Below are positions 55,437 through 64,000 of a DNA stretch of 64,000 nt, piece by piece. Where the stretch lies: positions 526 through 64,525 of the forward strand of contig DASZCK010000183.1 in NCBI GenBank assembly GCA_035943195.1, in the 5' to 3' direction. This DNA is from Steroidobacteraceae bacterium (lineage in GTDB: Bacteria; Pseudomonadota; Gammaproteobacteria; Steroidobacterales; Steroidobacteraceae). The notes below the pieces were generated by a model, which was given only the letters and a program-made list of their open reading frames with translations, did no database searches and was not told the DNA's origin. The first letter of the stretch is position 1. Every line of letters begins with the position of its first letter. A program made the position numbers and the translations under genes.

Positions 55437-56947
55437 AGCGCCTTCAGGAAGGCGACAAGCGCGCGCTTCTGATCCTCGCTCAAATCCATCTGGAACCGCT
55501 TATTGTAGAAGTTGACCACCTCGGACAGGTTAGCGGCTGCGCCGTTGTGGAAATACGGCGCTCGTGCGGCAAGACCGCGCAGGATCGGACCTTTGACGCG
55601 ATTGAGGTCGCTGCAGTTGCCCGAAATCAACGCCTTGCCCGGATCGGTCGTGAAAAACGAGGCCGGCTGACCAGCGTTGAAGGGATTTGGGCAGCCAGTG
55701 ATTTGATACACGGGCAAATTCGGCATGCTCAGTTGTGCCAGCGCCGCCGCGATCGCGGGGTCGGTCTCGAGGCCCGGCAAGGCGCTGTGGCTGGTGCCAA
55801 TGTCGAGTGGCACCGGCAGCGAGTGATTACCGACGTTGGGCGCGTCGTGGCAGGTGGTGCAGTGGCCGACGAAGGAAGTTGGCTTGCCCAAGGCGACATT
55901 GTCGTTGAGACCGCGCACGTTGGTGATGGTGATCGGCGCACTGTTGAACAAGGCCTCGCCTGCCGCGATCTCACGGCGCGCCGCGTTGCGCTCGGCGTCG
56001 AAGAAACCATTTGACTTGGTCGGATGGGCCCAGGGCGCAAACAGCACCATCGCGGTCGAATTGAAGCTCGCGCCCGTCGGATCAGCCCCGAGCGCATCAT
56101 TGATCCCCGGATAGTAGGGAATGCCTGCCGCATTGATCGCGCCGCCCGCGGCGCCATCCTGGGCGAGTCCGTCGGCGCGCAGATCGAAACCCTGCCCGCT
56201 GTACAGCCCAAGCTCGAATTCAACGATCTGCGCGAGCTGATCCGCAGTCGGGGCCTGTGCGGCCTGTGCGTGACCCAGCGTCGCGTCCGTAGCCTGGTGA
56301 GTCAGGTCCGCTATCAGGTTGGCGCGGAAGGTGGCTCCACTGGTCAGCGGCTCGACCGTCTCGCGCCCATCGAACATGACTGCGCTGAGGAACGCCAGAT
56401 TGGTGGTCGGTAGCGGACGACGGTACACCGACACATCCGGCTGACCGGTACTCGGGTCAGGGCTGATCGCGCAGCCGTAGGGATCGTGGATCGCGCTGAT
56501 GGTGAACTGCGGCTGCACGGGCGGCGCCGGGGGAAATTGCAGCGCGATGCGGATCAATGCCCTTTGCAGCAGCAGACTGTGACTCGCGGGGCGATTGGCC
56601 GGCGCATTGGCGCAGTTCGCGCCGTCGACCGAGGCAAACAGTGGGTCGCGCCCGCCGCTGAGGAGATAGCGCGTTTGCGCACCCGTGGCGCTGAGCCCGA
56701 AGGCCTGGCTGGCCACGTGGCAGGTCGCACAGGTGCGCCCATTGGTACCGAGGCTCTGAAAAAAAGCACCCGTGGTATCGATCGAGCCGTTGGCGCTGTA
56801 GTTCTCGATGGCGCCGGTTGGGTCGGGCAGGAATTCGGGATTGGGCATGCCACGGGCGCTGTCGGCAGCCGCCGCGGACTGCAAACGCACTAGCAGCACC
56901 AATGCCAGCGCGCCGGCCGCGGCGATTGACTTCGTTGTCATAATCAC
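55433..56947 (-). CDS. Di-haem cytochrome c peroxidase / MauG-family protein
   Basis: 504 aa. Signal peptide and two CxxCH haem motifs (CATCH, CTTCH) spaced as in the CCP family. Confidence 0.8.
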   Translation of the reverse strand: MIMTTKSIAAAGALALVLLVRLQSAAAADSARGMPNPEFLPDPTGAIENYSANGSIDTTGAFFQSLGTNGRTCATCHVASQAFGLSATGAQTRYLLSGGRDPLFASVDGANCANAPANRPASHSLLLQRALIRIALQFPPAPPVQPQFTISAIHDPYGCAISPDPSTGQPDVSVYRRPLPTTNLAFLSAVMFDGRETVEPLTSGATFRANLIADLTHQATDATLGHAQAAQAPTADQLAQIVEFELGLYSGQGFDLRADGLAQDGAAGGAINAAGIPYYPGINDALGADPTGASFNSTAMVLFAPWAHPTKSNGFFDAERNAARREIAAGEALFNSAPITITNVRGLNDNVALGKPTSFVGHCTTCHDAPNVGNHSLPVPLDIGTSHSALPGLETDPAIAAALAQLSMPNLPVYQITGCPNPFNAGQPASFFTTDPGKALISGNCSDLNRVKGPILRGLAARAPYFHNGAAANLSEVVNFYNKRFQMDLSEDQKRALVAFLKAL

Positions 56948-57143
56948 TCCCCAGGGAATCGAAATGTTCCTGGGTTAGTAATCGAAATCCACCGATGAAA
57001 ACCGACACCGGGGCCATTTCCGGCTGTACTCGAGCTCGCCGCCGCCGAAGCGTGAACCATGTACGAGCCTTGGAGGGCTCTTTTCGGCACATTCGAGCTT
57101 TCGCAAAAGCGCCAATTCGGCGCCGCCTCCGACGAGCTAAGCA

Positions 57144-59171
57144 ATGCAGGCAACCTACAACTTCTGGCTCGTGGCGCTATCGATTCTGGTCGCCATCGTC
57201 GTTTCCTACACGGCGCTGACCCTCGCCGGTCGAATCGCGCATGCCGAGCGCTCCGGCGGTCGCCTGTGGCTGTTCGGCGGGGCTGCCGCCATGGGCATCG
57301 GCATCTGGTCGATGCACTTCATCGGCATGCTGGCGTTTTCGGTGGCGATTCCCCTGCGCTACAACGTCGTGACGACTCTGCTCTCACTCGTAATCGGCAT
57401 CCTGACCTCTGGTTTCGCACTGCACGTCGCCGGTCGACGCGATCTGACACTGAAGCGACTCACTGCAGGCTCCGTGATCATGGGAAGCGGCATTTGCGGC
57501 ATGCACTACAGCGGCATGGCAGCAATCCAGATCATGCCGGCGATTCAGTGGGATCCGGTATTGGTCGGCGCGTCGTTCGCCATCGCGGTAACAGCCTCCT
57601 TTGCGGCGCTTTGGCTCGCCTTTAACCTGCGCAGCGGCAAGTCCTGGCTCGCCCTGCTCGCCCGCGCCGGCGCTGCGATCATCATGGGGCTGGCGATCAC
57701 CGGCATGCATTACACCGCCATGGCAGCGGCCATGTTGGCACCCGGGTCGTTTTGCGTGGGCGGCGCCACCTTGGACAACGCCTGGTTGGCACTGACCATC
57801 GGTGTCATCGCCCTGGCGCTGCTCGCCATAACGTTGATAACCGCAGTGTACGACGCACACCTCGAGTCCCGTACGCGCCGGGATGCGCTGCACCTGGCCG
57901 AACTCAACGCCGACCTGCAGCACGGCAAGAACCTGCTGACACTTGCCACCCAAGCCGCGGGCATCCTTTGCTGGGAGTATGACGTCACCGCCCGAAGCAT
58001 GCTGTGGACCGAGAACGAAATCGCATCGTTGCGAGCCATAGGCATCGACCCCCGCAAGCAAATCGACGCGCTACTGGCGCTGGTACATCCCGGCGATCTC
58101 GGCGCCGCCAAGACCGCCATCAAAGAGGCTGCCGCAGCCAGACGCGATACCTGTACGGCCCGCGCACGGCTCATTTGCCCATCGGGCGACTCGATTCACC
58201 TGCAGGCCCATGCCCGGCTGTTTTTTGACGAGGGCGGGCAGCTGCGTCGACTACTCGGCGTTACCTGGGACATCACCGATCAGCTGCGGCAGGAAGAACA
58301 GAAATTGGAGCTGCAAATGCAGCTGCGCGATGTCTCGCGCCAGGCTGGCATGGCGGAGGTGGCCACGGGAGTCCTTCATAGCATCGGGAATGTCTTGAAC
58401 AGCCTCGGAGTCGCAGTCGCCTTACTGCAGTCCGGCCTGCGCGACTCGCGCGTCGGCAATGTGCAACGTGTTGCGAAACTACTGAGCGATCAAGGGGCCG
58501 GGCTTGGGAACTTCCTTGACAATGAGCCGCGGGGTCGGGAAATCCCAGGCTACCTCACGCAGCTCGGCGAAAGCCTCGGCGATGAAAACGAGAAACTCCT
58601 GTCGAGAGCCAAGGCGATTGTCACGCACGTTGAGCACATTGCCAAAATCGTGGCGGCGCAGCAAACCTACGCCCGCCGCGGCGGCATCTCTGAACAAGTC
58701 GACATTGCCGAGCTCGTCGATCATGCCATCGCCCTGAACTTCGCGGCCGACACGCACGTGGTGATCCACCGGCATTACGACCCCTTGCCAAGCTTCACGC
58801 TCGATCGCCACAAACTGATTCAAATCGTCGCCAACCTCTTGAGCAATGCGCGTCACGCGCTGCACGACCAAACGCAGGGCGCACCGGTGCTGACGGTGCG
58901 CATTGGCAGAACGGCGGCGGGCGGATTGAGCATCGAAATTCAGGACTCCGGCGCCGGGATCGACAGCGCCACGCACCAAAGGCTGTTTGAATTTGGATTT
59001 ACGACCAAGAAGGACGGCCACGGATTCGGCCTGCACTCGAGTGCCATCCTCGCCAAGGAACTGGGCGGGGAGCTGACTGGATCAAGCGAAGGCAAAGGTC
59101 GCGGCGCCTGCTTCACCTTGCGCCTGCCGCTCGCCGCAACCCAGGGTCAGGAAGATCGGAGACGCGCGTGA
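57144..59171 (+). CDS. MHYT-domain sensor histidine kinase (MHYT - PAS - kinase core)
   Basis: 675 aa. Three MHYT-type motifs in TM helices (MHFIGMLAF, MHYSGMAAI, MHYTAMAAA), a PAS region, an H-box region (GVLHSIGNVLNS) and an ATPase domain (DSGAGI, GHGFGL). Confidence 0.85.
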   Translation: MQATYNFWLVALSILVAIVVSYTALTLAGRIAHAERSGGRLWLFGGAAAMGIGIWSMHFIGMLAFSVAIPLRYNVVTTLLSLVIGILTSGFALHVAGRRDLTLKRLTAGSVIMGSGICGMHYSGMAAIQIMPAIQWDPVLVGASFAIAVTASFAALWLAFNLRSGKSWLALLARAGAAIIMGLAITGMHYTAMAAAMLAPGSFCVGGATLDNAWLALTIGVIALALLAITLITAVYDAHLESRTRRDALHLAELNADLQHGKNLLTLATQAAGILCWEYDVTARSMLWTENEIASLRAIGIDPRKQIDALLALVHPGDLGAAKTAIKEAAAARRDTCTARARLICPSGDSIHLQAHARLFFDEGGQLRRLLGVTWDITDQLRQEEQKLELQMQLRDVSRQAGMAEVATGVLHSIGNVLNSLGVAVALLQSGLRDSRVGNVQRVAKLLSDQGAGLGNFLDNEPRGREIPGYLTQLGESLGDENEKLLSRAKAIVTHVEHIAKIVAAQQTYARRGGISEQVDIAELVDHAIALNFAADTHVVIHRHYDPLPSFTLDRHKLIQIVANLLSNARHALHDQTQGAPVLTVRIGRTAAGGLSIEIQDSGAGIDSATHQRLFEFGFTTKKDGHGFGLHSSAILAKELGGELTGSSEGKGRGACFTLRLPLAATQGQEDRRRA

Positions 59172-61111
59172 CTTCGGATGCCCCCAAAGTCGATGAGATC
59201 CGCGTGCTGATTGTCGATGATATCGTCGCGATCCACGAAGACTTTCGCCTGGTCCTTGCCGATGTAACAGACCACGAGGTCAACCTCGCAAAAGTCGAGG
59301 AGTTGCTCTTCGGTGACAGCGGGGAGCCGACGGAAGCGCGGCCCGTGTACCTGCTCGACTACGCGACCCAGGGCCACCAGGGCGCCGAATACGTCAGGCG
59401 GGCGGTCCACGAGGGACGCCCGTACGCCATGGCATTCGTCGACATGCGGATGCCGCCCGGGTGGGATGGACTGGAGACCATTGAGCGGATCTGGGCCGTT
59501 GACCCGGACATGCAGGTTGTCATCTGTTCAGCACATTCGGACTACGATTGGAACGAAGTGGTAGCCCGATTGGGGCACACCGACAAGTTGCTGATACTGA
59601 AGAAGCCGTTCGAGCCGATCGAGGTCAAGCAGTGCGCGAGCGCCCTGACCCGCAAGTGGCAGCAGGAGCGCGCGCTGCGTGCCCACGTCGATTCGCTCGA
59701 GCGCGCGATTTTCGAGCGCACGCAGAGCCTGGAGGCGGCCAATCAGCAGCTGCGACATCTGGCGACCCATGATGCGCTCACCAACCTGCCGAACCGGGTG
59801 TTGCTGGATGATCGGCTTGCCCAGGCGATCGCGCACTCCGATCGGGATCAGGAGCCGTTCGCCGTCATGGTGGTCGACCTGGATCAGTTCAAGCTGATCA
59901 ACGACTCGATGGGTCACTTCGCGGGCGATGAAGTCTTGAGCGAGGTCGCACGGCGACTCGATGCTGCCGCGCGTAAGCTCGATACGGTGGCGCGAATCGG
60001 CGGCGACGAATTTGTGCTGATCGTAAGCCCCAGTCCGACGATCGAAGATACTCGCGAGTTCGGTCGACAGCTGAATCTGGCGCTGCAGGCGCCGATCCGC
60101 CTGCACGGCGCAGACCTGCGCATTTCGGCGAGTATCGGTGTCGCCCACTATCCCGTGGACGGTTCCACGGCCGCCTTGTTGCTGAGCCGCGCCGATGCCG
60201 CGATGTATTGCGCCAAACAGTTCGGACGCAACAATCTGCAGTGCTACTCGGCCCACATGAATGCAACGACGATCGAGCGAGTCAATCTGCTCAGCGATCT
60301 GCACAAGGCGCTGTCGCTGCATCAGTTCAGGCTGCACTACCAACCCAAGGTCGATACCGCGACCGGCGATATCCGGGGTGCCGAGGCCCTGATCCGCTGG
60401 CAACATCCAACGCGGGGCCTTCTGGCGCCCGACGAGTTCATTCCCCTGGCGGAGGAGTGCGGGCTCATCAATGACATCGGCGCCTGGGTGCTGCGCGAAG
60501 CGTGTCGTCAGTGCAAGACCTGGCAAGCCGCGGGCCTGCCGGCGCTGCGTATTGCGGTCAATGTGTCGGCGTCGCAGTTTCGGCAAGGTGGTCTGCTCGA
60601 CCTGATTCGCGATGCCTTGCAGAGCGTGCAGCTCGATGCGCGGTGCCTGGAACTCGAGATGACTGAAAGCGCGGTAATGACCAATCCCGAGGAGTCGGCG
60701 CGCATCCTCGAGCAGGTCAGCCGGATGGGCGTGGTCGTTTCGGTGGATGATTTCGGAACCGGGTACTCCAGCATGAGCTACCTGCGGCGCTTTCCAATCG
60801 ACAAATTGAAGATTGACCGGAGCTTCATTAAGGACCTGATGACGCACCCCGATGATGCATCCATTGTGCAGGCCATCATCTCGCTTGCGCATGGCCTGCG
60901 CCTCAAGGTGGTGGCCGAAGGCGTCGAGACCGCCGCGCAACTGCAGTTGTTGCGCTCGCTCAATTGCGATCAATACCAGGGTTTTCAATTCTGCGCCGCG
61001 CTTCCCGCCGACGACTTCGGCGCAATGGTGCAGACGTGGCAGCGGGAAGCCGACGCCGCCTCAGATCAGGAGGCGGCCCGGACTAACAGCAAATTGGCGA
61101 ACTGCCGCTAG
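59168..61111 (+). CDS. Response regulator REC - GGDEF - EAL with both catalytic signatures intact
   Basis: The GTG start overlaps the kinase stop (GTGA). REC (VLIVDDIVAI...FVDMRMPPG). RKLD I-site followed by RIGGDEF. EAL motifs EALIRW, EMTES, DDFGTGYSS, EGVETAAQ and QGFQF. Confidence 0.9.
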   Translation: MTSDAPKVDEIRVLIVDDIVAIHEDFRLVLADVTDHEVNLAKVEELLFGDSGEPTEARPVYLLDYATQGHQGAEYVRRAVHEGRPYAMAFVDMRMPPGWDGLETIERIWAVDPDMQVVICSAHSDYDWNEVVARLGHTDKLLILKKPFEPIEVKQCASALTRKWQQERALRAHVDSLERAIFERTQSLEAANQQLRHLATHDALTNLPNRVLLDDRLAQAIAHSDRDQEPFAVMVVDLDQFKLINDSMGHFAGDEVLSEVARRLDAAARKLDTVARIGGDEFVLIVSPSPTIEDTREFGRQLNLALQAPIRLHGADLRISASIGVAHYPVDGSTAALLLSRADAAMYCAKQFGRNNLQCYSAHMNATTIERVNLLSDLHKALSLHQFRLHYQPKVDTATGDIRGAEALIRWQHPTRGLLAPDEFIPLAEECGLINDIGAWVLREACRQCKTWQAAGLPALRIAVNVSASQFRQGGLLDLIRDALQSVQLDARCLELEMTESAVMTNPEESARILEQVSRMGVVVSVDDFGTGYSSMSYLRRFPIDKLKIDRSFIKDLMTHPDDASIVQAIISLAHGLRLKVVAEGVETAAQLQLLRSLNCDQYQGFQFCAALPADDFGAMVQTWQREADAASDQEAARTNSKLANCR

Positions 61112-61242
61112 CGGGCGAGTGCAGGACCCTCAGGATCACGCCGCGAGCCATCCGGACCAGAACAGCACGAAGGGCGCCCGCACCGCCCCCCCAGCCAGCT
61201 CTCTCTGGCAAACTGCCACTACCTGGGGCACGGGATTGAACC

Positions 61243-63066
61243 ATGAAAGACCATTCCGGTCGTCGTTCCAAAGGCGGCGGCGGCGGCGACAAACATTCGC
61301 GGCTGCTGCCACAGCTCGCCAGCATGTGGCATGCGTTGATCCAGTCTTCGGTGCGCGACTCGTTACTGCTGCTGGGCAGCGTCCTGATAGCCGTCGTCGT
61401 CGGTACAGCCTTGGGTCAGATCCGCCTCAACGCCTGGAATCGGCCGTTTTATGACGCCCTGTCACATCACGACCTGGATGGGTTCCTGCGCCAACTCGGC
61501 GTGTTCGCAATCATCGCCGGCGTGCTGCTGGTGCTGAATGTGGCGCAGAAGTTCCTGACGGAGACTCTAAAGCTCAAACTTCGCGAGGGGCTCGTCAAGG
61601 ACTTGATCGGGCATTGGCTGCGGCCGATGCGCCCATTCCGGCTCGCCAACGCGGGCGACATCGGCGTCAATCCCGATCAGCGCGTGCACGAGGATGCTCG
61701 TCACCTCACCGAGCTCACTGCTGACCTGGCCACCGGTCTGCTGCAGGCGACCATGCTTGTGGTGATGTTCATAGGCGTACTCTGGCAAATCTCCAGCGGC
61801 TTTCGCTTTCACTTTCATGATCGCTACTACTCCGTGCCGGGTTACATGGTTTGGGCGGCCATCCTGTATGCCGGTTCGGCCTCCCTATTGAGCTATGCCG
61901 CCGGACGCAGCCTAATCAAGCGCAACGCGGACCGCTACCAGCGCGAGTCCGAGCTGCGGATTGGGCTCGTGCGCGCAAATGAGTACGCCGATGCCATCGC
62001 ACTGGCTGGCGGTGAAGCTGATGAAGCGCGCCACGTCGAGCGCGACCTCGCCGCGGTGCTCGCAGCCACCTGGCGACTCGTGCTCGGATTGACCAATCTG
62101 ACCTGGATTACCTCTGGCTATTCATGGTTCACGCTGGTTGCCCCGATCATCGCCGCAGCGCCACTGTATTTCTTCGGCAACCTGTCGTTTGGCGGACTCA
62201 TGATGGCCGCCGGTGCTTTCACCCAGGTACAGGGATCGCTGCGGTGGTTCGTCGATAATTTCAGCGTCATCGCGGACTGGCGTGCAACACTGCTGCGCGT
62301 CGCCAGCTTCCGCACGGCGGTTACGGATATGGACTCGCTGCACCGAGTCGAGAGCCAGATTACCTACGAGGTCGGCGCGGCCGACGAATACTTGATCGAA
62401 AAGCTCGAGGTAAGCTCGCCTGCTGGGGCCACGAGGCTCAAGGAAAACAAGATTCTCATGAAGCCCGGCGAGCGGGTGCTCATCGTCGCCGAACCGGGCG
62501 CCGGCAAGACACTGTTATTTCGCGCACTGGCGGGCCTTTGGCCCTGGGGCTCCGGGTCGGTGACGCGCCCCAAAGGCGAGAGCATCTATCACATGCCGCG
62601 ATCGGCATACTGGCCGCCCGGCTCGATGCGCGCGGCATTGGCGTACCCGTCAGAGCCGGATGAGATCAAGGACGGCGTCTACAAGGATGCGTTGCGGGAC
62701 CTGAAGCTGCAGGAATTCGAGCCGATGCTGGACAAGGATCGTGACTGGAAGGAGGAACTGAATCAGGATCAACTGACGCGATTGGCATTTGTCCGCCTGC
62801 TGATCCACGATCCGCCATGGGTTGTGATCGACGAAGTGCTCGATTTCGTTGATGCCGATTCCAGGATACTGGTGAGCGACGTACTGGCTAGGCGGATGAA
62901 GGACAGCACCATCATTCACATCGGCCGCGAGCTTCCCCATGACAAAACGTTCCGCAGCGTCCTGCACCTCGTCAATGACACGACCCGGCGCAAGCTGCCG
63001 CGCCGCAAGCGCCGGCAGTTCGGCAAAGCGTCGCCACACACGACGTCCGCTCCGGCACGAACATGA
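61243..63066 (+). CDS. ABC transporter permease/ATPase fusion of the SbmA-BacA / YddA (ABC_membrane_2) type
   Basis: 607 aa. N-terminal 6-TM domain with NPDQRVHEDARHLTE. The NBD has Walker A AEPGAGKT, Walker B WVVIDE, and an atypical signature, LNQDQ. Confidence 0.8.
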   Translation: MKDHSGRRSKGGGGGDKHSRLLPQLASMWHALIQSSVRDSLLLLGSVLIAVVVGTALGQIRLNAWNRPFYDALSHHDLDGFLRQLGVFAIIAGVLLVLNVAQKFLTETLKLKLREGLVKDLIGHWLRPMRPFRLANAGDIGVNPDQRVHEDARHLTELTADLATGLLQATMLVVMFIGVLWQISSGFRFHFHDRYYSVPGYMVWAAILYAGSASLLSYAAGRSLIKRNADRYQRESELRIGLVRANEYADAIALAGGEADEARHVERDLAAVLAATWRLVLGLTNLTWITSGYSWFTLVAPIIAAAPLYFFGNLSFGGLMMAAGAFTQVQGSLRWFVDNFSVIADWRATLLRVASFRTAVTDMDSLHRVESQITYEVGAADEYLIEKLEVSSPAGATRLKENKILMKPGERVLIVAEPGAGKTLLFRALAGLWPWGSGSVTRPKGESIYHMPRSAYWPPGSMRAALAYPSEPDEIKDGVYKDALRDLKLQEFEPMLDKDRDWKEELNQDQLTRLAFVRLLIHDPPWVVIDEVLDFVDADSRILVSDVLARRMKDSTIIHIGRELPHDKTFRSVLHLVNDTTRRKLPRRKRRQFGKASPHTTSAPART

Positions 63067-63172
63067 GGCAGTGCGACCCGGGAACCCGTGTAAGCCCGCC
63101 ACGGAATTATATTGTTGCATTGATGCTCGGGAACCAAGGGTTTTCCCTAAATCCGTCAAGATCTGGACCCTT

Positions 63173-63181
63173 GGGGGGGGG
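63173..63181 (+). repeat. G9 homopolymer tract in the leader/promoter region of the downstream TonB-dependent receptor gene
   Basis: This is the longest mononucleotide run I found in the window, 115 nt upstream of the receptor start codon. Confidence 0.9.
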
Positions 63182-63295
63182 CCTCGGCGATTTTCTTGCA
63201 TTGTGGTTATGCATACTGAGAGGAGGCTCACTGTAGTTTCCACCTAGAGGCCTCACAGTGACGTTTCCGAAGTTCACACAGGGACCCTTCGGAAC

Positions 63296-64000
63296 ATGAA
63301 CTGCAGCAAGGAACATGGCCGGCCGCGCCGCAGAATCGGCGTCGCCCACGCAGCGGTCATGCTGCCGGCATTGCTGCTTGCGGTCCCTGCCCTAGCCGCC
63401 GCCGAGCTTGCGGCATCGACTCAATCTGCCGAATCCTCGATCAGCTCATTGAAGAACCTGAGCGTCGATGAACTGCTGAATGTAGAGGTTACCTCCGTCT
63501 CCAAGACCGCGGAGCCACTCAGCGATGCGGCCTCCGCCATTTACGTCATCACCCGCGATGAGATTCTGCGCTCCGGCGCGAGAAGCCTGCCCGACATGCT
63601 GCGCCTTGCTCCCAATCTGGAAGTCGCCCAGATCAGCTCAAGTTCCTTCGCGATCAGTGCGCGCGGCTTCAATGGTCCGGCGGCTTCCAAGCTGCTGGTC
63701 CTTATTGATGGGCGCAGTGTCTATACGCCCTATCATTCCGGCGTCTCCTGGGACATTGAGGATGTCCCGGCTGAAGACATCGAGCGCATCGAAGTGATCA
63801 GCGGCCCCGGTGCGACGCTGTGGGGCGCCAATGCCGTCAATGGGGTGATCAACATCATCACGCGCAACTCCGCCGACACCCAGGGGGCGTCGGCGCAATT
63901 GGGCGGCGGCAACCTGGAGCAAAGGGCAAACCTGCAATACGGAGGCAGCCTCGGCCCGGGCGTCAGCTTTCGCCTGTACGCCGATTCGTTCCGCTATGAC
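63296..64000 (+). CDS. TonB-dependent receptor (N-terminal part, runs off the right edge)
   Basis: My own translation; this ORF is not in the track because no stop falls within the window. Signal peptide MLPALLLAVPALAAA and plug motifs VEVTSVSKTAEPLSDAASAIYVITRDEI, RGFNG, LVLIDGRSVY and IEVISGPGATLWGANAVNGVINIITR. Confidence 0.8.
   Translation, partial: MNCSKEHGRPRRRIGVAHAAVMLPALLLAVPALAAAELAASTQSAESSISSLKNLSVDELLNVEVTSVSKTAEPLSDAASAIYVITRDEILRSGARSLPDMLRLAPNLEVAQISSSSFAISARGFNGPAASKLLVLIDGRSVYTPYHSGVSWDIEDVPAEDIERIEVISGPGATLWGANAVNGVINIITRNSADTQGASAQLGGGNLEQRANLQYGGSLGPGVSFRLYADSFRYD

Noticed and set aside
59528-60988. 486-aa minus-strand ORF
   Set aside because: It is antisense to the REC-GGDEF-EAL gene, which has all its signature motifs.
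63070-63110. Cobalamin-riboswitch-like string GGGAACCCGTGTAAGCCCGCCACGG upstream of a TonB-dependent receptor
   Set aside because: The resemblance covers only part of the core. The helices closing the core are missing, and no B12 box (AGxCxGGAGACCTGCC-like) is present downstream. It is kept only as something to test with cmscan.
1-64000. Search for mobile elements, integrases, toxin-antitoxin pairs, phage genes, rRNA or tRNA
   Set aside because: No ORF shows transposase, integrase or phage hallmarks. I found no terminal inverted repeats or tRNA-like structures. By eye, GC content is uniformly high apart from short AT-rich promoter regions.

Overview
This is a high-GC (roughly 65%), tightly packed chromosomal segment from a Gram-negative bacterium. 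TonB-dependent receptors, a NodT-type outer-membrane factor, lipoboxes and a split PntAA/PntAB/PntB transhydrogenase support that; a Gammaproteobacteria (Nevskiales/Xanthomonadales-like) origin is only an inference. I support about 44 protein-coding genes and found no rRNA, tRNA, CRISPR array, transposase, integrase or prophage gene. The content is dominated by envelope and signal-transduction functions: three two-component pairs, three GGDEF-EAL proteins in three different catalytic states, an ECF sigma factor paired with a 1349-aa Ser/Thr kinase carrying 14 WD40 repeats, a BlaI/BlaR1-like pair, a sigma54/NtrC-controlled MacAB-NodT efflux operon, two TonB-dependent receptors, and several secreted repeat proteins. 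The loci most worth a second look are listed here. (1) An M56 (BlaR1-type) signal-transducing protease has an MltD-like lytic transglycosylase where the penicillin-binding sensor domain normally sits, next to a BlaI repressor and a divergent secreted amidohydrolase. (2) An ECF sigma with no anti-sigma gene is coupled to a kinase-WD40-Sel1 receptor. (3) A type-II NADH dehydrogenase reads without a stop codon into a ~990-aa exported beta-helix/beta-propeller protein; this is either a real fusion or a 1-nt indel over an ancestral TGATGA stop/start overlap. (4) A near-consensus sigma54 promoter drives an efflux operon that ends in an orphan small protein. All functional calls come from motif recognition by eye. 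No database search was run.
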